A stretch of 64,000 nucleotides of DNA. Origin: Perkinsus chesapeaki ATCC PRA-425. Taxonomy: Eukaryota; Protista; Perkinsozoa. This document shows, one piece after another, positions 21,398 through 32,440 of this stretch. Numbering within the stretch: the stretch's first letter is position 1; every line of letters starts with the position of its first letter. The stretch lies in the NCBI GenBank assembly GCA_013115145.1, contig JAAPAO010000133.1, positions 1-64,000 on the forward strand, written 5' to 3'. Both the position numbers and the translations under genes were made by a program. A model generated the notes under the pieces. It was not told the DNA's origin. It ran no database searches and worked only from the letters and a program-made list of their open reading frames with translations.

Positions 21398-24300
21398 ATG
21401 TTCTCGAGTCGACGGCACAGGAGCAAACCATCAGGTCTGCGGAGGGTCCACAGTGAGGAGGAAGACGACGACGTTGAAGAGGTTCAGGAGGTACTAGTTT
21501 GGTACACCTCAGTGTTGAAATATCTAAAGGCAGCTGCCTTGCTTACCATTGGTTATCTCGACGAATCGTCATGGACAGTGGACTACTCGTTGCTTTAAGA
21601 TGTGAAAGTCTACCGAAATCTCGTGAATTTTCCTCACCTCCTCGACGTTATGTAGTCGAGCTGCATGCATATATTCTAACTCCCCGTAGGTGGCCGCGGC
21701 ACCACCATCGGCAGCACCGCTGCTGTCGATAGACGGCAGCGAGGAGGAGGAGGAGGAGGGTGAGGGCTGCGCTACTAAAGCGGTAACGGTGGTGAAGTCA
21801 AAGGAGTCTAGAAGGCTACGGAGGGAGATGAAAAGGGAGAAGAAAGGTAGAATGGACCACAAAGAACCACGCCGGTCACCATATTCTGCAGGCCTCAAGC
21901 CTCGCTCTGCCACTGTCGGAAGCAGCAGAAGCAGTAGCACGGAGAATGGCACTAGTGATGTAGTGGACCCGCTGGCACCAGCGATAAGGGGCCATGCGCG
22001 CCACACGAGGCGGGCGCAGGAGGATTGGCGGATAGAAGGCCTCGACACGGAAGGAGGTAGTTTGGATGGTTTGTGGTGGAGGGGACAGACTGGTGGTAGA
22101 TATCGCTATGCTGGCAAGTGACACTATAGAGATTGAGGAGGATAATGAGGAGGAGGATGCAGGTGTAACCATAGATGACAGGGAAGTGATGGAAGTTGAG
22201 GGTGGCCTGTTTGTGGTAGTAGCCGCCGGGCTCTGGGGTGACTGGAGCGTGGATGCTTGGCAGGTGGATGGTGACGGGGTAAGCGGCGACGAGCATATCG
22301 GTATCACCACTACGGCGGAAGTTGCAGCTAAGAACTTTGATAATGACGAAGGTCCTTTAGGGATAGGTAGTGCGGTTGGTGGAGGGAGAGGCAGTGCAGT
22401 TACGCTTAGGGCCGGTCACGGTGACTCGGAGAGAGCAGTCGTCCATACCGATATTTGCTGGAGATGATTACGATGGCATGGAGTTGGATCCTTCAGCCAT
22501 GGCTGATCCCGAAGTCATTGAATTGGCCAGACGCAAGAGGCAGAAGAAAAGGGAGGCGACGCGGTAGGGCAGCGGCAGGGGGCACCTTAACCTCCGATTT
22601 ATATAGCCTTGTGGGAACATGCTTCTCGAGAGCCGATAATCGGTGATGCGATACAAAGATATTTGATATAACATGTGTTATTAGAGGATCAATGCGTACT
22701 TCTTCTTCTTTCTTGGAACAAGTGCTTATCCTCTATGGATCGCTGGAGGAGACATCAGCAGGTCCTCGGAAAACGCCATGGCACCGGTGCAAGCCAGGAA
22801 GGGCGAATTTGCTACGATCGATTTGGATCCAGGTGAGTCTCTGCTGCTGCTGCTGCTCGGCCACTGCTTTGGTCTACATCGGAGCAGGCGAGCCTGGTAA
22901 TGGTCGGGTGGAGGGCAGCGGCGATGGGCATACTACTAGAGGGATGCTACGACGGTTGGAGGTAGAGAGGAAGAGGGAACAGGTGAGAGACGAAGCGAAG
23001 GATGGGGGTGCAAAATAGAGGTATATAATAGAACACACATAGCGGCGGATATTGATATCTGACACTAGGAAGCGTACATTCGAATGTTGGCATGATTCTG
23101 AATAGGTCGATATTTGGTATAATGTGTACGTGCAGGATGTGATGACTGTTAAAGTTTCAGTTGCTGGAGTTCGGCGATGAAGATGATGACACCTGGGCCG
23201 ATGCCCAAATTAAAAAGGTGAGGAATGCTCTGTGATGTAGATGATGGTCAACGTCCCCCTAGGTGGCAGGTCTGCAGAAGTTGAAGGAGTTCCAGCAGAA
23301 GAGGGCCAACGCTGCCATGGTGGCCGAGAAGACCACTGGCGAGAAGATGGCCGAAGGTGGGCCCGCTGGATGGATCAACTGGTATACTTCCTGTCAGACC
23401 TCTTTGCCGCGGATCCTATCCCTTCCCTTGAAGATGCTCTGGACGCTGTTTATCGGAAAATCAACTCAGAGAAGGTGCATGTCCGCTCCAACACTTCCTT
23501 TGCTGCACTATTGGACCTCCTTCTTCCTACTCCTGAAATTTACGTCATCTTTCGCCACGTATTCCACAGCCTCTCAGGCTTGCGTCGCTCAGGTTCATCT
23601 GGTGGATCTCCAAGGCCGACACAAGACTCTCGCTGCGGAGCGAGCGGAGAGCCAAAGATTCCTGGAGAGAATGGAGAGTGAAAGCCTCGAGGAGAACGAG
23701 AAGTTGGATGTTCTCACCGTAGGGCGCCAAAACGCGCTATTCCGCAGCATCGCTCGTTCCTATCAGGACTTCCGCTCCTATGTGGAGGATCTTGGAAGCT
23801 TCCATGATGCCAAGTACGACCAGACGGACAACGCCCTCAATTTATTAGACAACATAGAGAAGAATGTAAAGCTTATTGAGTAGAGGATTGCTCAATTTGT
23901 TACACTCTCAGGTGTGTGCGGCTCATTACGAAAGGAAGGCCATGGCGGTGAGGAGCGGGTAGATCATAACATTCAGTGGGATGCTTCACCATTATTGTAT
24001 CAGATTGCACGGCAACAACAGTGACGATTCGGAGGAGGGTCAGATAGCTCAGGCGAGGTGAGTGGTTGACACTGGACAGCTAGAGGTGTCAGAATATTTT
24101 GTTGGACAGGTTCCAGTGGATCGGTGATCGGAGTTCTGAAGACGGCTACATCACTTCCGATGGAGAGTATTCTGATGATGGCCTTCGAGACGGAGATCAG
24201 TCTTGGCAGGCTCTCGCTCGGGATAAGAAGAAGTTCCTCAAAGTGGGCGGTCTGCGTTTTGGCACTCGTATTTTAATTACCCGAAAATTAGCAGCTCCTT

Positions 24301-25675
24301 GTTTCGATCAAGGGACCTTTGGGTTATGAGCCCAACACGCTATCCACTGCGCCAAGCTGCTTTGTACTAGAAGGATTTGATGACTTACGACATTCTTGAA
24401 GACTAATTGACGCATCTCTCTCTTCTTTATCAGGCGGCTTATCTACAACTGATGGCCGACGTGTCTGATGACTTCAGAACAGTTAGAGCCATCTGCACCG
24501 AGTTTGAAAAGGTGCTGATCTACTTCCCCCCGCCCCGACCGACTCCTATCATCATCTCACCTCGCAGGTTCGTACTGCCTGCCCAAAACTGTACAGACAA
24601 GCCTTCCTTGGAGCCAGTCTGGAGGAGGCGGTTGCCATTGCTGTTCGGTAGCCGGCAGCTGGCCAATAGTTACCTCCGCTGTGAGACAATCCTCAGGTAC
24701 CAATTGCTCTATTGGGACCCTTTCAATTTATCTGACACTTCATCTGAGGGGGAAGGCGATGATGATGGTGAGCCACGGATAGTCACCACAGTCGATGAAG
24801 TGATGGATATGGAATGGTAACGTACGGTAACTGCCTCGCAGTGTTAGGACATTCGACTTTGTTCAGGTTTGTTAGCCTTAGTGACTACTGCAACCCTCCA
24901 GGGCCCCTCTCCATGGAGCAAGCGGGCATGGCACCGAAGGCAGTGACAGCCGACAGCCTAGTGGTCCCCCATGTAGTTCACGAGTGCCTCTTCGATCGTG
25001 TCCGCCACTTCCTTGCGAATGTGTGGGACATAACCAGCGCAAAGCACGCCAGAATTGTGAAGGAGCTCCTCGCGGTGTGTATCGATTTTGATGAGACCTC
25101 AACCGCAGCTGGCTCGCCGTATAAGGATGTCATCTTGCCGGCTTGCGAGGAGAAGATAGCAGGCCAGATTGATGGACTCATTATTGCCGATGAACAGTGG
25201 AAGGTAAGGACCTGAGCGTAGCCTGGTCGCAGCCATTCCCCTCAGACATTAGCCCCATCGGTGAGACTTCGTGTGCTGCGAAGGTTGGCCAAAATGTAGG
25301 CTGGAAGCATCCTGGAAGAGTACACGGAATTCGGTTTCAGATTCTCATGCGTGAGCTTTGTCGGGACACCCTTCCTCCCGCTGGCCGTTGTTCCTCTGAC
25401 TAAACTCCTAGTTGATAACATAATCAATCGACTCGGCAGTTTAACCGATGCCGATGATGCCAAAGAGATACTGGAGAGGGTCCTCAAGGCAATCCCAGAG
25501 CACTGGGTTCTACAGGTAATGATAGTGGCCCGAGGGTCCTCGGGGACTTTACCACCCTCAGATGGCGCCCGATGCTCGAGACGCTATGAAAGTTGCCATA
25601 CAGGAGGCTTGCCAAACCCTAGAGGTCGACATTAAAGCTCATTGTCGAGTAGAATGCCTCGCCAGAACCGACTGA
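21398..25675 (+). CDS. GCFC2/PAXBP1-like (GC-rich sequence DNA-binding factor domain) splicing-associated protein
   Basis: Acidic/basic disordered N-terminus and coiled coil, then ADVSDDFRTVRAICTEFEK, RYQLLYWDP, MDMEW|FVSLSDY, VWDITSAKH. Last exon MAPDARD...ARTD* ends at 25675. Start approximate. Confidence 0.8.
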
Positions 25676-25723
25676 CCATACGATGTTTCATCCATTGCTT
25701 GTTGCGTTATCAGTTGTGCTCTG

Positions 25724-25911
25724 AATTCAGTGTTCAGCACTGAAAGCCAAGGCGTTGAGAAACAGTTAAGATAGCAAGTTACGTCGCAGCGTGCTTGCGT
25801 ACACATTCATCAGTATATAAGCCTTTTTAACCACCCGTCTGTGGTATTGAGTTACTAGCGGCTTGCCGCATAGTCTCCGTGTACTTATCTCAACAACCCC
25901 TACACGGAATT
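25724..25911 (+). repeat. 5' LTR (188 bp), ends AATTCAGTGT...ACACGGAATT
   Basis: Identical to 32041-32228 except t25780 versus g32097. Contains a TATA-like tatataag. Confidence 0.93.
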
Positions 25912-25921
25912 TTCTACCGGG

Positions 25922-28900
25922 ATGAGCCAAAATAGTGATGACGACGACGCCGTGGTCAACGCCGCCCATGTCCTGGCCGAGTTGGTCAACCCAACACTGA
26001 ACCAGTTGACACAGGCCATCGGTCAGCTCATAGAGCAACAACAAGCTGCCAATAACCTCATGCAAACTATGGTGGAACGACAGGCCGCGAAGGAGAGCGA
26101 TGACAAGAAGGAGGACACTAAAGTGGAGGACGGCACGCACAAGCAAGAACAGCCCCTAATAGGCCCCGTAGTGACCCCAGGCGCGAGTGAGGAGACCCCC
26201 CTGAAGCCCTTGAGCCGTAGGCTGAGTTATGCTCCACCACCACAGAAAGGAGCCGGATTATGCTTGGGATGCGGGCACAGCCCTTGCCCTACGCCAGTCA
26301 CCGACCAACAGCTCACGGACGCTCTGAAGGCAGTCAAGCTGCTCAAGGCGCCGGAGGGCGGTCCCTTCAAAGGCGTATCTGACAATAGAACCGGTATTTC
26401 CTTTGAAAGGGAAACGAAGAAGTGTTGCGGCCGAATGTCATCTGTTGTTCTCTACCATTATCTACTGCAACACACAACACAGTCGGCGCAAGACGCGTTA
26501 GAGGTTGGCGAGGAATGGCCTGCCAACTGTCACAGGGATTACGAGATTGCAGTAGGAGGGATATGTACCAAGCTTCTCACGGTCTTCAGTAATCAAGCGT
26601 CTTCTGAAGGTATACTTCAAGCATGGAATGCCCTACAACAAAAACAGGATGAGAGTGTAGAGAGTTTCATCTCGAGAGTCTTGGCGATGACCACAGAGCT
26701 CAGACTGGCCGGCCTAGAACGACCAGAAAGAGAAGTTAAAGCCAAACTCCGCTGTGGCCTAGCAGAACGAGACCTACAAAGTACCCTACTCCAACATTCT
26801 CGCTTGAGCTTAAGTGACTTCATGGAAAAAATGGTGGAAGAAATGATAGATAGAAGAAGAGAAACTCACTCGGGGGAGTCCACATCCGTCCCGAACCCGA
26901 AGAGCACCACATCGACGACATCCAAAGGAGACAAAGCAGGCGGCCAAAACCCCACCACATCTAAACTACCTCCACCTGTGATAGAACTGGACGAGGTCCA
27001 CCTCAACGGTATCAATGCTGGCCAGTTACCGAGTGGAGCGCCAGGGTGCGCACGAGGCTGCGGCGACTCGGCTTGTCGAGGGGTTCGCTACTGCACACTG
27101 AAGCTACCAAACCTGCCACCAGAGGCGTGTTCGAGGTGTGGTCGAGCTCATCCAGCCGATCAGGTCTGCCCGGCGGTCAACAAGGTCTGTGCTCGCTGTA
27201 ACCGTGGAGGGCACTTTGCGGCGGCCTGTCGCAGCGCCCCAAGCGGTAGACAGCATTCTCGCCCGACACGTCGATGGCAGGGTGACAGACGCGGACAGTC
27301 TCAACAAGCAGCTAAAGGAGATCCTAATGACTCAAATAAACAAGACCAATCCAAGGAGGACAAGCAACATAAGGTGACAAATGCAATCATCAACATTGAC
27401 GACGTGCCATCTGACGACGACATCTTGCCCGACATCTTCGCGCTGTCAACTAGCCCCCCTCCAAAATCTGCTGATAACAAAACCAGACCCAATAGCGTGC
27501 CCACGGAGTCCTTGAAAGGCCCGCAGGTGAAAACACCTGTTTCGAAAGCCTTCTCTCAACTACCAGGACATGTGATAACCGTGATGGCATTATGGGATAC
27601 TGGTGCGACAGCAAACTTCGTGAGAGCCGACGTCCTCGAGACATTGGCCAAAAGGGGAAACACCTCTCTCAGATGGCCCGAAAAAGGGTCGCGTATTAAT
27701 GCCACCTTGGCCGATAATTTATCTCGAGTCCCACTCCAAGGGACTTGTCTCCTGGTCTTAAAGACTCCTAGAGCCACAGCTACCATCACTGCTTATGTGG
27801 TTCGCCACTTAAGCTTACCCTTGGTCATTGGTGTACCAGCTCTACAAGCATTAAGAGTCAAACTAGAATTTAGCCCACAAGGACGAGTGAGGATCAGGAC
27901 TGGTTACGTCGAGGGTACCTACGCAGACCCGTACAGAGGCGACTTAGTTCAATCTATGACAGCGAGACCAAGGCCATTTATGCCAAGGCCATGTGTTATC
28001 CAGCCCGAGCGGAGCCATGATGAGGAACTTACCATTCACACCCTCTCGGCTCCACCGGGCCAACTACTACATCATATGCAGTGGTCGCGTATACAGCCCA
28101 TATTAAACTTCGTGGACATCAACAACGACACCTCCATAGAGTGTGAGTTATCGTCCGTGCAAGAGACACCAGTAATGCTTCCAAGAGAAGCGATCCACAT
28201 AGACTCTACCCGGTCAGGAAGGCTGGTCGCGGACTTCACCTACAACAGTGATGCGGATTTCGAAGCACTGCAGGGGAAAGGCTGGAAAGCGGCTGTGAGC
28301 AGAGCTCAAAGGTCCTCATATGGCAAAACCCTCGAACAGAAAAATCTCATCAACGACGCCATCGACAAGCTACTGAGCTCTGACTTTGTCGGTTACCTCA
28401 AGCTCAAAACCCTATCACATCCGCCGCCCACGCACAGCATTGCAAGATTGTATGAATCTAGTGATCTTATACGCCAAACCCATCTGGTACAAGACCGTTA
28501 TCTACAAGCTCATCAGCCAGTGTATATACCGGCACAAGCGGTGTTCAAGCGGACTTCCAGTACTACTCCATGCAGGTTGGTATACGACATGCGCATGGTC
28601 AACAAAACCTTCACATTACCGACGGTTAGCAGGTGGAACCTATGGGACTACTTGGTACAGGCGTGCACAAGCCCGGTATGTAAGTTCATGGATGCTGAGA
28701 AGGCCTTCAATCAAGTCTTACTAACTTCAAAATCGGCAGCAAGCTGTGCCACAGTATTAATGAAAGCAAAAACTCCACAGGTATCAAGACCCGAAGCATA
28801 TGTTGTGCTATGGACATCCATGCCCTTTGGAGCTGGGCCGAGTCCAGGTGGGTTGGAAGCAGCAACCGAAGTATGGATAGAAGAGTCTAAGCAATTATCG

Positions 28901-31768
28901 AAGACACTGGTACCTCCACACCTTTCCCATACCAACCCCTTGCCGGACTTCTACACCCTGGACAGCTTCAAATATTGCAGACCCATCATACAGGATGCCT
29001 TCGAGAACCGGCCACTTGAGCCCGGTCCACCCCTCCATCTGCTGGACTATGTAGACGACTACGCTGTCATCGGCGACTCTCTAGCACAGCTCAATTGGCA
29101 CACGGACCTCGTCGAGGCCGCTGCAGGCCATAGAGGCTTCCGCTTCCCAGCCGCCAAGAAGTATCAATCATGGGACTCCGACAATGACAACAAGCTCCTT
29201 GGTTATCACCTAAGGAATGATCTTCTATCGCCTGTCTTCTCTGCCGAACCACTGCCAGAAGGCGCCCCATCACCGGTCACCAAACGGGCGGTGAGCCACA
29301 CCCTCGCCTCTCTCTATGATCCGTTAGGGAGATACATTGAACACAACATGATGGGTCGAAGTTTATGGAGATCAGTGGTGGATTCGACCAGAGAAGAGGA
29401 GTTACCCTCTGCCCTTACTTGGAACAAGGCCGTTCCCAATGGGTTAGTACAAGCCGTTAATCGTTGGGTAAAGGCAGTTTCGGCCCTACCTCCCACGCCG
29501 AGGTTTATACCAGTTCGATGGAGACATCCAACATCATCAGAATACAAACACTGTCAGTTATTAGTCTCCTGTGATGCCTCGAACATCGCCTGGTGTGTCG
29601 ACGTGAGATCCAAAGTCAACGGACTTCCTATTGGTCCAAGATTATGTGGTCGTGGTGGTCTGTTTCCACAACGGAGGACCTATAGTCCTGATGGTAGATC
29701 GACATCAACTCCAACGTCTACGGTACCAAGGCTTGAGCTCCACAGTTTACTACAAGCCACCAAGGAACTCCTTAGGCTATGCTCAGCTACCAGAGTCTCG
29801 CCTACCACCAATACTACTGCTATTATCATGTCTGACAGTCTGATTAATATACAAAGGCTGTGTCGTATGGGCAACAGATCCGAGACTGAGCTAGTGAACT
29901 GTATCGGTAAGAAGGGGAAGTGCAACTACACCAGAGGTGACCTGGCCAAACTTCTAAAGATCAGGCAGAACCTGAAGGATGTACCCATACCAGTCACCCT
30001 AATACACCTCCCTTCGGCACTCAACTTGGCTGATGATGGTTCAAGATGCAGAGCCCCTTCGAGAGGCCCAGAAGAGACGGAGCTGCTGGAAGCAATCTTA
30101 CAAGACCCGAGCCGACGCCCAAACTACATCCCCGGAGACACTCGTTTCGAAGATTGCTCTTTAGACGAGGACGAGCAGACCAACGACTGTTCCGAAGGTG
30201 ATGAACCCGGTTCGGTGGCGCTGTGCGCCACAGCTCCACAAGCTGGCCCCCTACCAACCCCTTTCAGCGACCAAGCAACCCTTCCCACTTTAACAGAGGC
30301 AGATAGGGCAACAATCGACGACGCTATCGAGGATTCCATTAAGAAAGACGGCTTCTATAACGCTGTCCGCTCTTACCTCAAGGATGGGACTGTCGCTGAT
30401 GGGTACTCTCCTGCTAGGCTGAAACGCCAAGCCACTAACTTCGAGCTGGATACATGTGGAAGACTCTTTAGGATAGTGAGGCAGCGTCCAGATGCTACGG
30501 TGGTGCGCCAACGAGTCATTTCTGGTCATGCTCACGACATCATCAACAAGATCATTATTACGCGCCATCTGGAATGGCACCACCTAGGTCCTCAAAAATT
30601 GACGATTCGTCTATCTGACTCATTTTATTGGCCCAGACAGCGTCGCACTGTCACCAGGGCTCTCAAAAGGTGCATCCCCTGTCTGAAGACTAATGCCATC
30701 CGTCAGTTCAACTCCAGTGCAGGCTGTCAACATGTAGCAGATTTACGACCTGGTCAAGTACAAGCATGTGATATCTATCTACCTAATGTGAAAGTCGATG
30801 GTGAGCAATCTGGCAATGCCGATCGCATCGTTGCGGCGCTTGTCATGACAGACCTTGCCTCGGGCTTCCAAAGACTACAACCCATACATGGATCTGCGAC
30901 ATCAGCCAATGTTTGCTCTGCTTTGGATCTACTATTTACAAATGTCCACTTTCCTACCGTGCTCATTACTGACAATGGTAAAAGCTTCGTCTCTAACCTA
31001 ACAGCACGCTGGTGTCGAGACCGGTCTATACTACAGTTATCTTGCCCGGTGTACGCCCCGGCTCTGGCGTATTGGGAGAGATCTCACCGTGAGATAAGCC
31101 GAGCGTTGAAGGCCTGTTTATTTGATCATACCATGGTGGGAACTTGGTTCGACAAGTTGGTACAAGTCGTCAACCATCTGAATGATGCTCCGTACAACTC
31201 TGATTCGTGGCTCAGCCCCCGCTTGGTGGCGCACCCGCATTACGACATTAACCACTACTACAACACAAACAGTGCATCAGTGAACGACCTCGCCAAGAAG
31301 CTGACGACCGTGAGCCAACCAGCAGTGGCTGAGCGAGTCAGAGAAAGCGGCAAGAAGACCTACACTATCCGTATGCTTGATTATCTTAACCATTGGACTA
31401 CATTTAAGGAAGCTAGTAGAGCGAGAACCCTTGCTCACCATGGACGTCCGTGTGATCTTGCTGTCGGAGATACAGTTTTCCACCTCACTGGTCAGTCATC
31501 TAAATTATCTTCCAGAGTGGCTGGTCCTTATATTGTTGACACCGTTGATGAGGATCACAAAGGTACGGTTATTATCCGTGGAGCTGATCACTGTACGTGT
31601 CGTGTATGGGTATCTAACCTTGTCAAAGTACCACCTCTGAAGTCTGAGGGCGACACTACTACTTCTACTCCAAGCCCTGATTTATCACCTGATGGTTATG
31701 CTTGGACATTAGATCATCTTCCTCCAATACAAGTACTTCCTCCCCCTAACTATCCTGGGAAAAGGTAA
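25922..31768 (+). CDS. Gag-Pol polyprotein (1948 aa): Gag with Zn knuckles, aspartic protease, RT, RNase H, integrase
   Basis: CARCNRGGHFAAAC (CCHC), ALWDTGATANFV, MDAEKAFNQV, MPFGAGPSP, YVDD, VTKR...SLYDPLG, SCDAS, TVPRLEL, SDS, HLPSALNLADDGSR, H-H...C-C zinc motif, TDNGKSF, YWERSHREI, AGPY. Confidence 0.97.
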   Translation: MSQNSDDDDAVVNAAHVLAELVNPTLNQLTQAIGQLIEQQQAANNLMQTMVERQAAKESDDKKEDTKVEDGTHKQEQPLIGPVVTPGASEETPLKPLSRRLSYAPPPQKGAGLCLGCGHSPCPTPVTDQQLTDALKAVKLLKAPEGGPFKGVSDNRTGISFERETKKCCGRMSSVVLYHYLLQHTTQSAQDALEVGEEWPANCHRDYEIAVGGICTKLLTVFSNQASSEGILQAWNALQQKQDESVESFISRVLAMTTELRLAGLERPEREVKAKLRCGLAERDLQSTLLQHSRLSLSDFMEKMVEEMIDRRRETHSGESTSVPNPKSTTSTTSKGDKAGGQNPTTSKLPPPVIELDEVHLNGINAGQLPSGAPGCARGCGDSACRGVRYCTLKLPNLPPEACSRCGRAHPADQVCPAVNKVCARCNRGGHFAAACRSAPSGRQHSRPTRRWQGDRRGQSQQAAKGDPNDSNKQDQSKEDKQHKVTNAIINIDDVPSDDDILPDIFALSTSPPPKSADNKTRPNSVPTESLKGPQVKTPVSKAFSQLPGHVITVMALWDTGATANFVRADVLETLAKRGNTSLRWPEKGSRINATLADNLSRVPLQGTCLLVLKTPRATATITAYVVRHLSLPLVIGVPALQALRVKLEFSPQGRVRIRTGYVEGTYADPYRGDLVQSMTARPRPFMPRPCVIQPERSHDEELTIHTLSAPPGQLLHHMQWSRIQPILNFVDINNDTSIECELSSVQETPVMLPREAIHIDSTRSGRLVADFTYNSDADFEALQGKGWKAAVSRAQRSSYGKTLEQKNLINDAIDKLLSSDFVGYLKLKTLSHPPPTHSIARLYESSDLIRQTHLVQDRYLQAHQPVYIPAQAVFKRTSSTTPCRLVYDMRMVNKTFTLPTVSRWNLWDYLVQACTSPVCKFMDAEKAFNQVLLTSKSAASCATVLMKAKTPQVSRPEAYVVLWTSMPFGAGPSPGGLEAATEVWIEESKQLSKTLVPPHLSHTNPLPDFYTLDSFKYCRPIIQDAFENRPLEPGPPLHLLDYVDDYAVIGDSLAQLNWHTDLVEAAAGHRGFRFPAAKKYQSWDSDNDNKLLGYHLRNDLLSPVFSAEPLPEGAPSPVTKRAVSHTLASLYDPLGRYIEHNMMGRSLWRSVVDSTREEELPSALTWNKAVPNGLVQAVNRWVKAVSALPPTPRFIPVRWRHPTSSEYKHCQLLVSCDASNIAWCVDVRSKVNGLPIGPRLCGRGGLFPQRRTYSPDGRSTSTPTSTVPRLELHSLLQATKELLRLCSATRVSPTTNTTAIIMSDSLINIQRLCRMGNRSETELVNCIGKKGKCNYTRGDLAKLLKIRQNLKDVPIPVTLIHLPSALNLADDGSRCRAPSRGPEETELLEAILQDPSRRPNYIPGDTRFEDCSLDEDEQTNDCSEGDEPGSVALCATAPQAGPLPTPFSDQATLPTLTEADRATIDDAIEDSIKKDGFYNAVRSYLKDGTVADGYSPARLKRQATNFELDTCGRLFRIVRQRPDATVVRQRVISGHAHDIINKIIITRHLEWHHLGPQKLTIRLSDSFYWPRQRRTVTRALKRCIPCLKTNAIRQFNSSAGCQHVADLRPGQVQACDIYLPNVKVDGEQSGNADRIVAALVMTDLASGFQRLQPIHGSATSANVCSALDLLFTNVHFPTVLITDNGKSFVSNLTARWCRDRSILQLSCPVYAPALAYWERSHREISRALKACLFDHTMVGTWFDKLVQVVNHLNDAPYNSDSWLSPRLVAHPHYDINHYYNTNSASVNDLAKKLTTVSQPAVAERVRESGKKTYTIRMLDYLNHWTTFKEASRARTLAHHGRPCDLAVGDTVFHLTGQSSKLSSRVAGPYIVDTVDEDHKGTVIIRGADHCTCRVWVSNLVKVPPLKSEGDTTTSTPSPDLSPDGYAWTLDHLPPIQVLPPPNYPGKR

Positions 31769-32030
31769 ATCTCCTTCATTGAATTATCAGGTTTATGCCC
31801 TTCTCTGATGCCGATAAGCCCGCATTGGTGGTGAATCTTATCCATCTGAGTCGTGGTGCACGTAGCGTGCGTTATTATCTTACTAATGTAATGAGTCCGT
31901 TCAGGTCTCTCGTGACATCGTCTCACATTAGCATCTTCGTTCGAGTCTTGATTATTGATAGAGGCTTCATATGGTGTTAAGCTGATCCTGTTAGCGAGAC
32001 TCATTCAGTATCTGATGTTTGTTGGCAGCC

Positions 32031-32040
32031 GCGGCGGGAG
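32031..32040 (+). other. Polypurine-tract-like sequence (plus-strand primer)
   Basis: gcggcgggag directly abuts the 3' LTR. Confidence 0.6.
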
Positions 32041-32228
32041 AATTCAGTGTTCAGCACTGAAAGCCAAGGCGTTGAGAAACAGTTAAGATAGCAAGTGACG
32101 TCGCAGCGTGCTTGCGTACACATTCATCAGTATATAAGCCTTTTTAACCACCCGTCTGTGGTATTGAGTTACTAGCGGCTTGCCGCATAGTCTCCGTGTA
32201 CTTATCTCAACAACCCCTACACGGAATT
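32041..32228 (+). repeat. 3' LTR (188 bp)
   Basis: Direct repeat of 25724-25911, followed by the tctg duplication. Confidence 0.93.
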
Positions 32229-32440
32229 TCTGCCTAAATCGATTACCGCGGCGCGCGCGATTGACGAACTGGCATTTTTGCTCTTCACCGTGTTGCCTTT
32301 ACGGAAGCTGAGTGTTGAACTACACTAGTGTTTGCGGTCTGTTATATGTTATTTATGGGGCCTATATACGCCTGCCTTGGACCTCTTAGCTGTCCTATCA
32401 TAGATAGCTCACTTCTTGCCGTAGTATTGTTTATAGAGTA

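Larger units (their letters stand above)
25724..32228 (+). mobile_element. Full-length LTR retrotransposon, BEL/Pao-like RT/RNase H, 6505 bp
   Basis: Two 188-bp direct repeats flank a single gag-pol ORF. 4-bp TSD tctg at 25720-25723 and 32229-32232; purine-rich tract before the 3' LTR. Confidence 0.95.

Noticed and set aside
25731-25895. Alternative canonical LTR TGTTCAG...CTCAACA (165 bp)
   Set aside because: Identity between the two copies extends 7 bp upstream and 16 bp downstream of these ends, and no TSD flanks them. The AATT boundaries give both a 10-bp terminal inverted repeat and a TCTG duplication.
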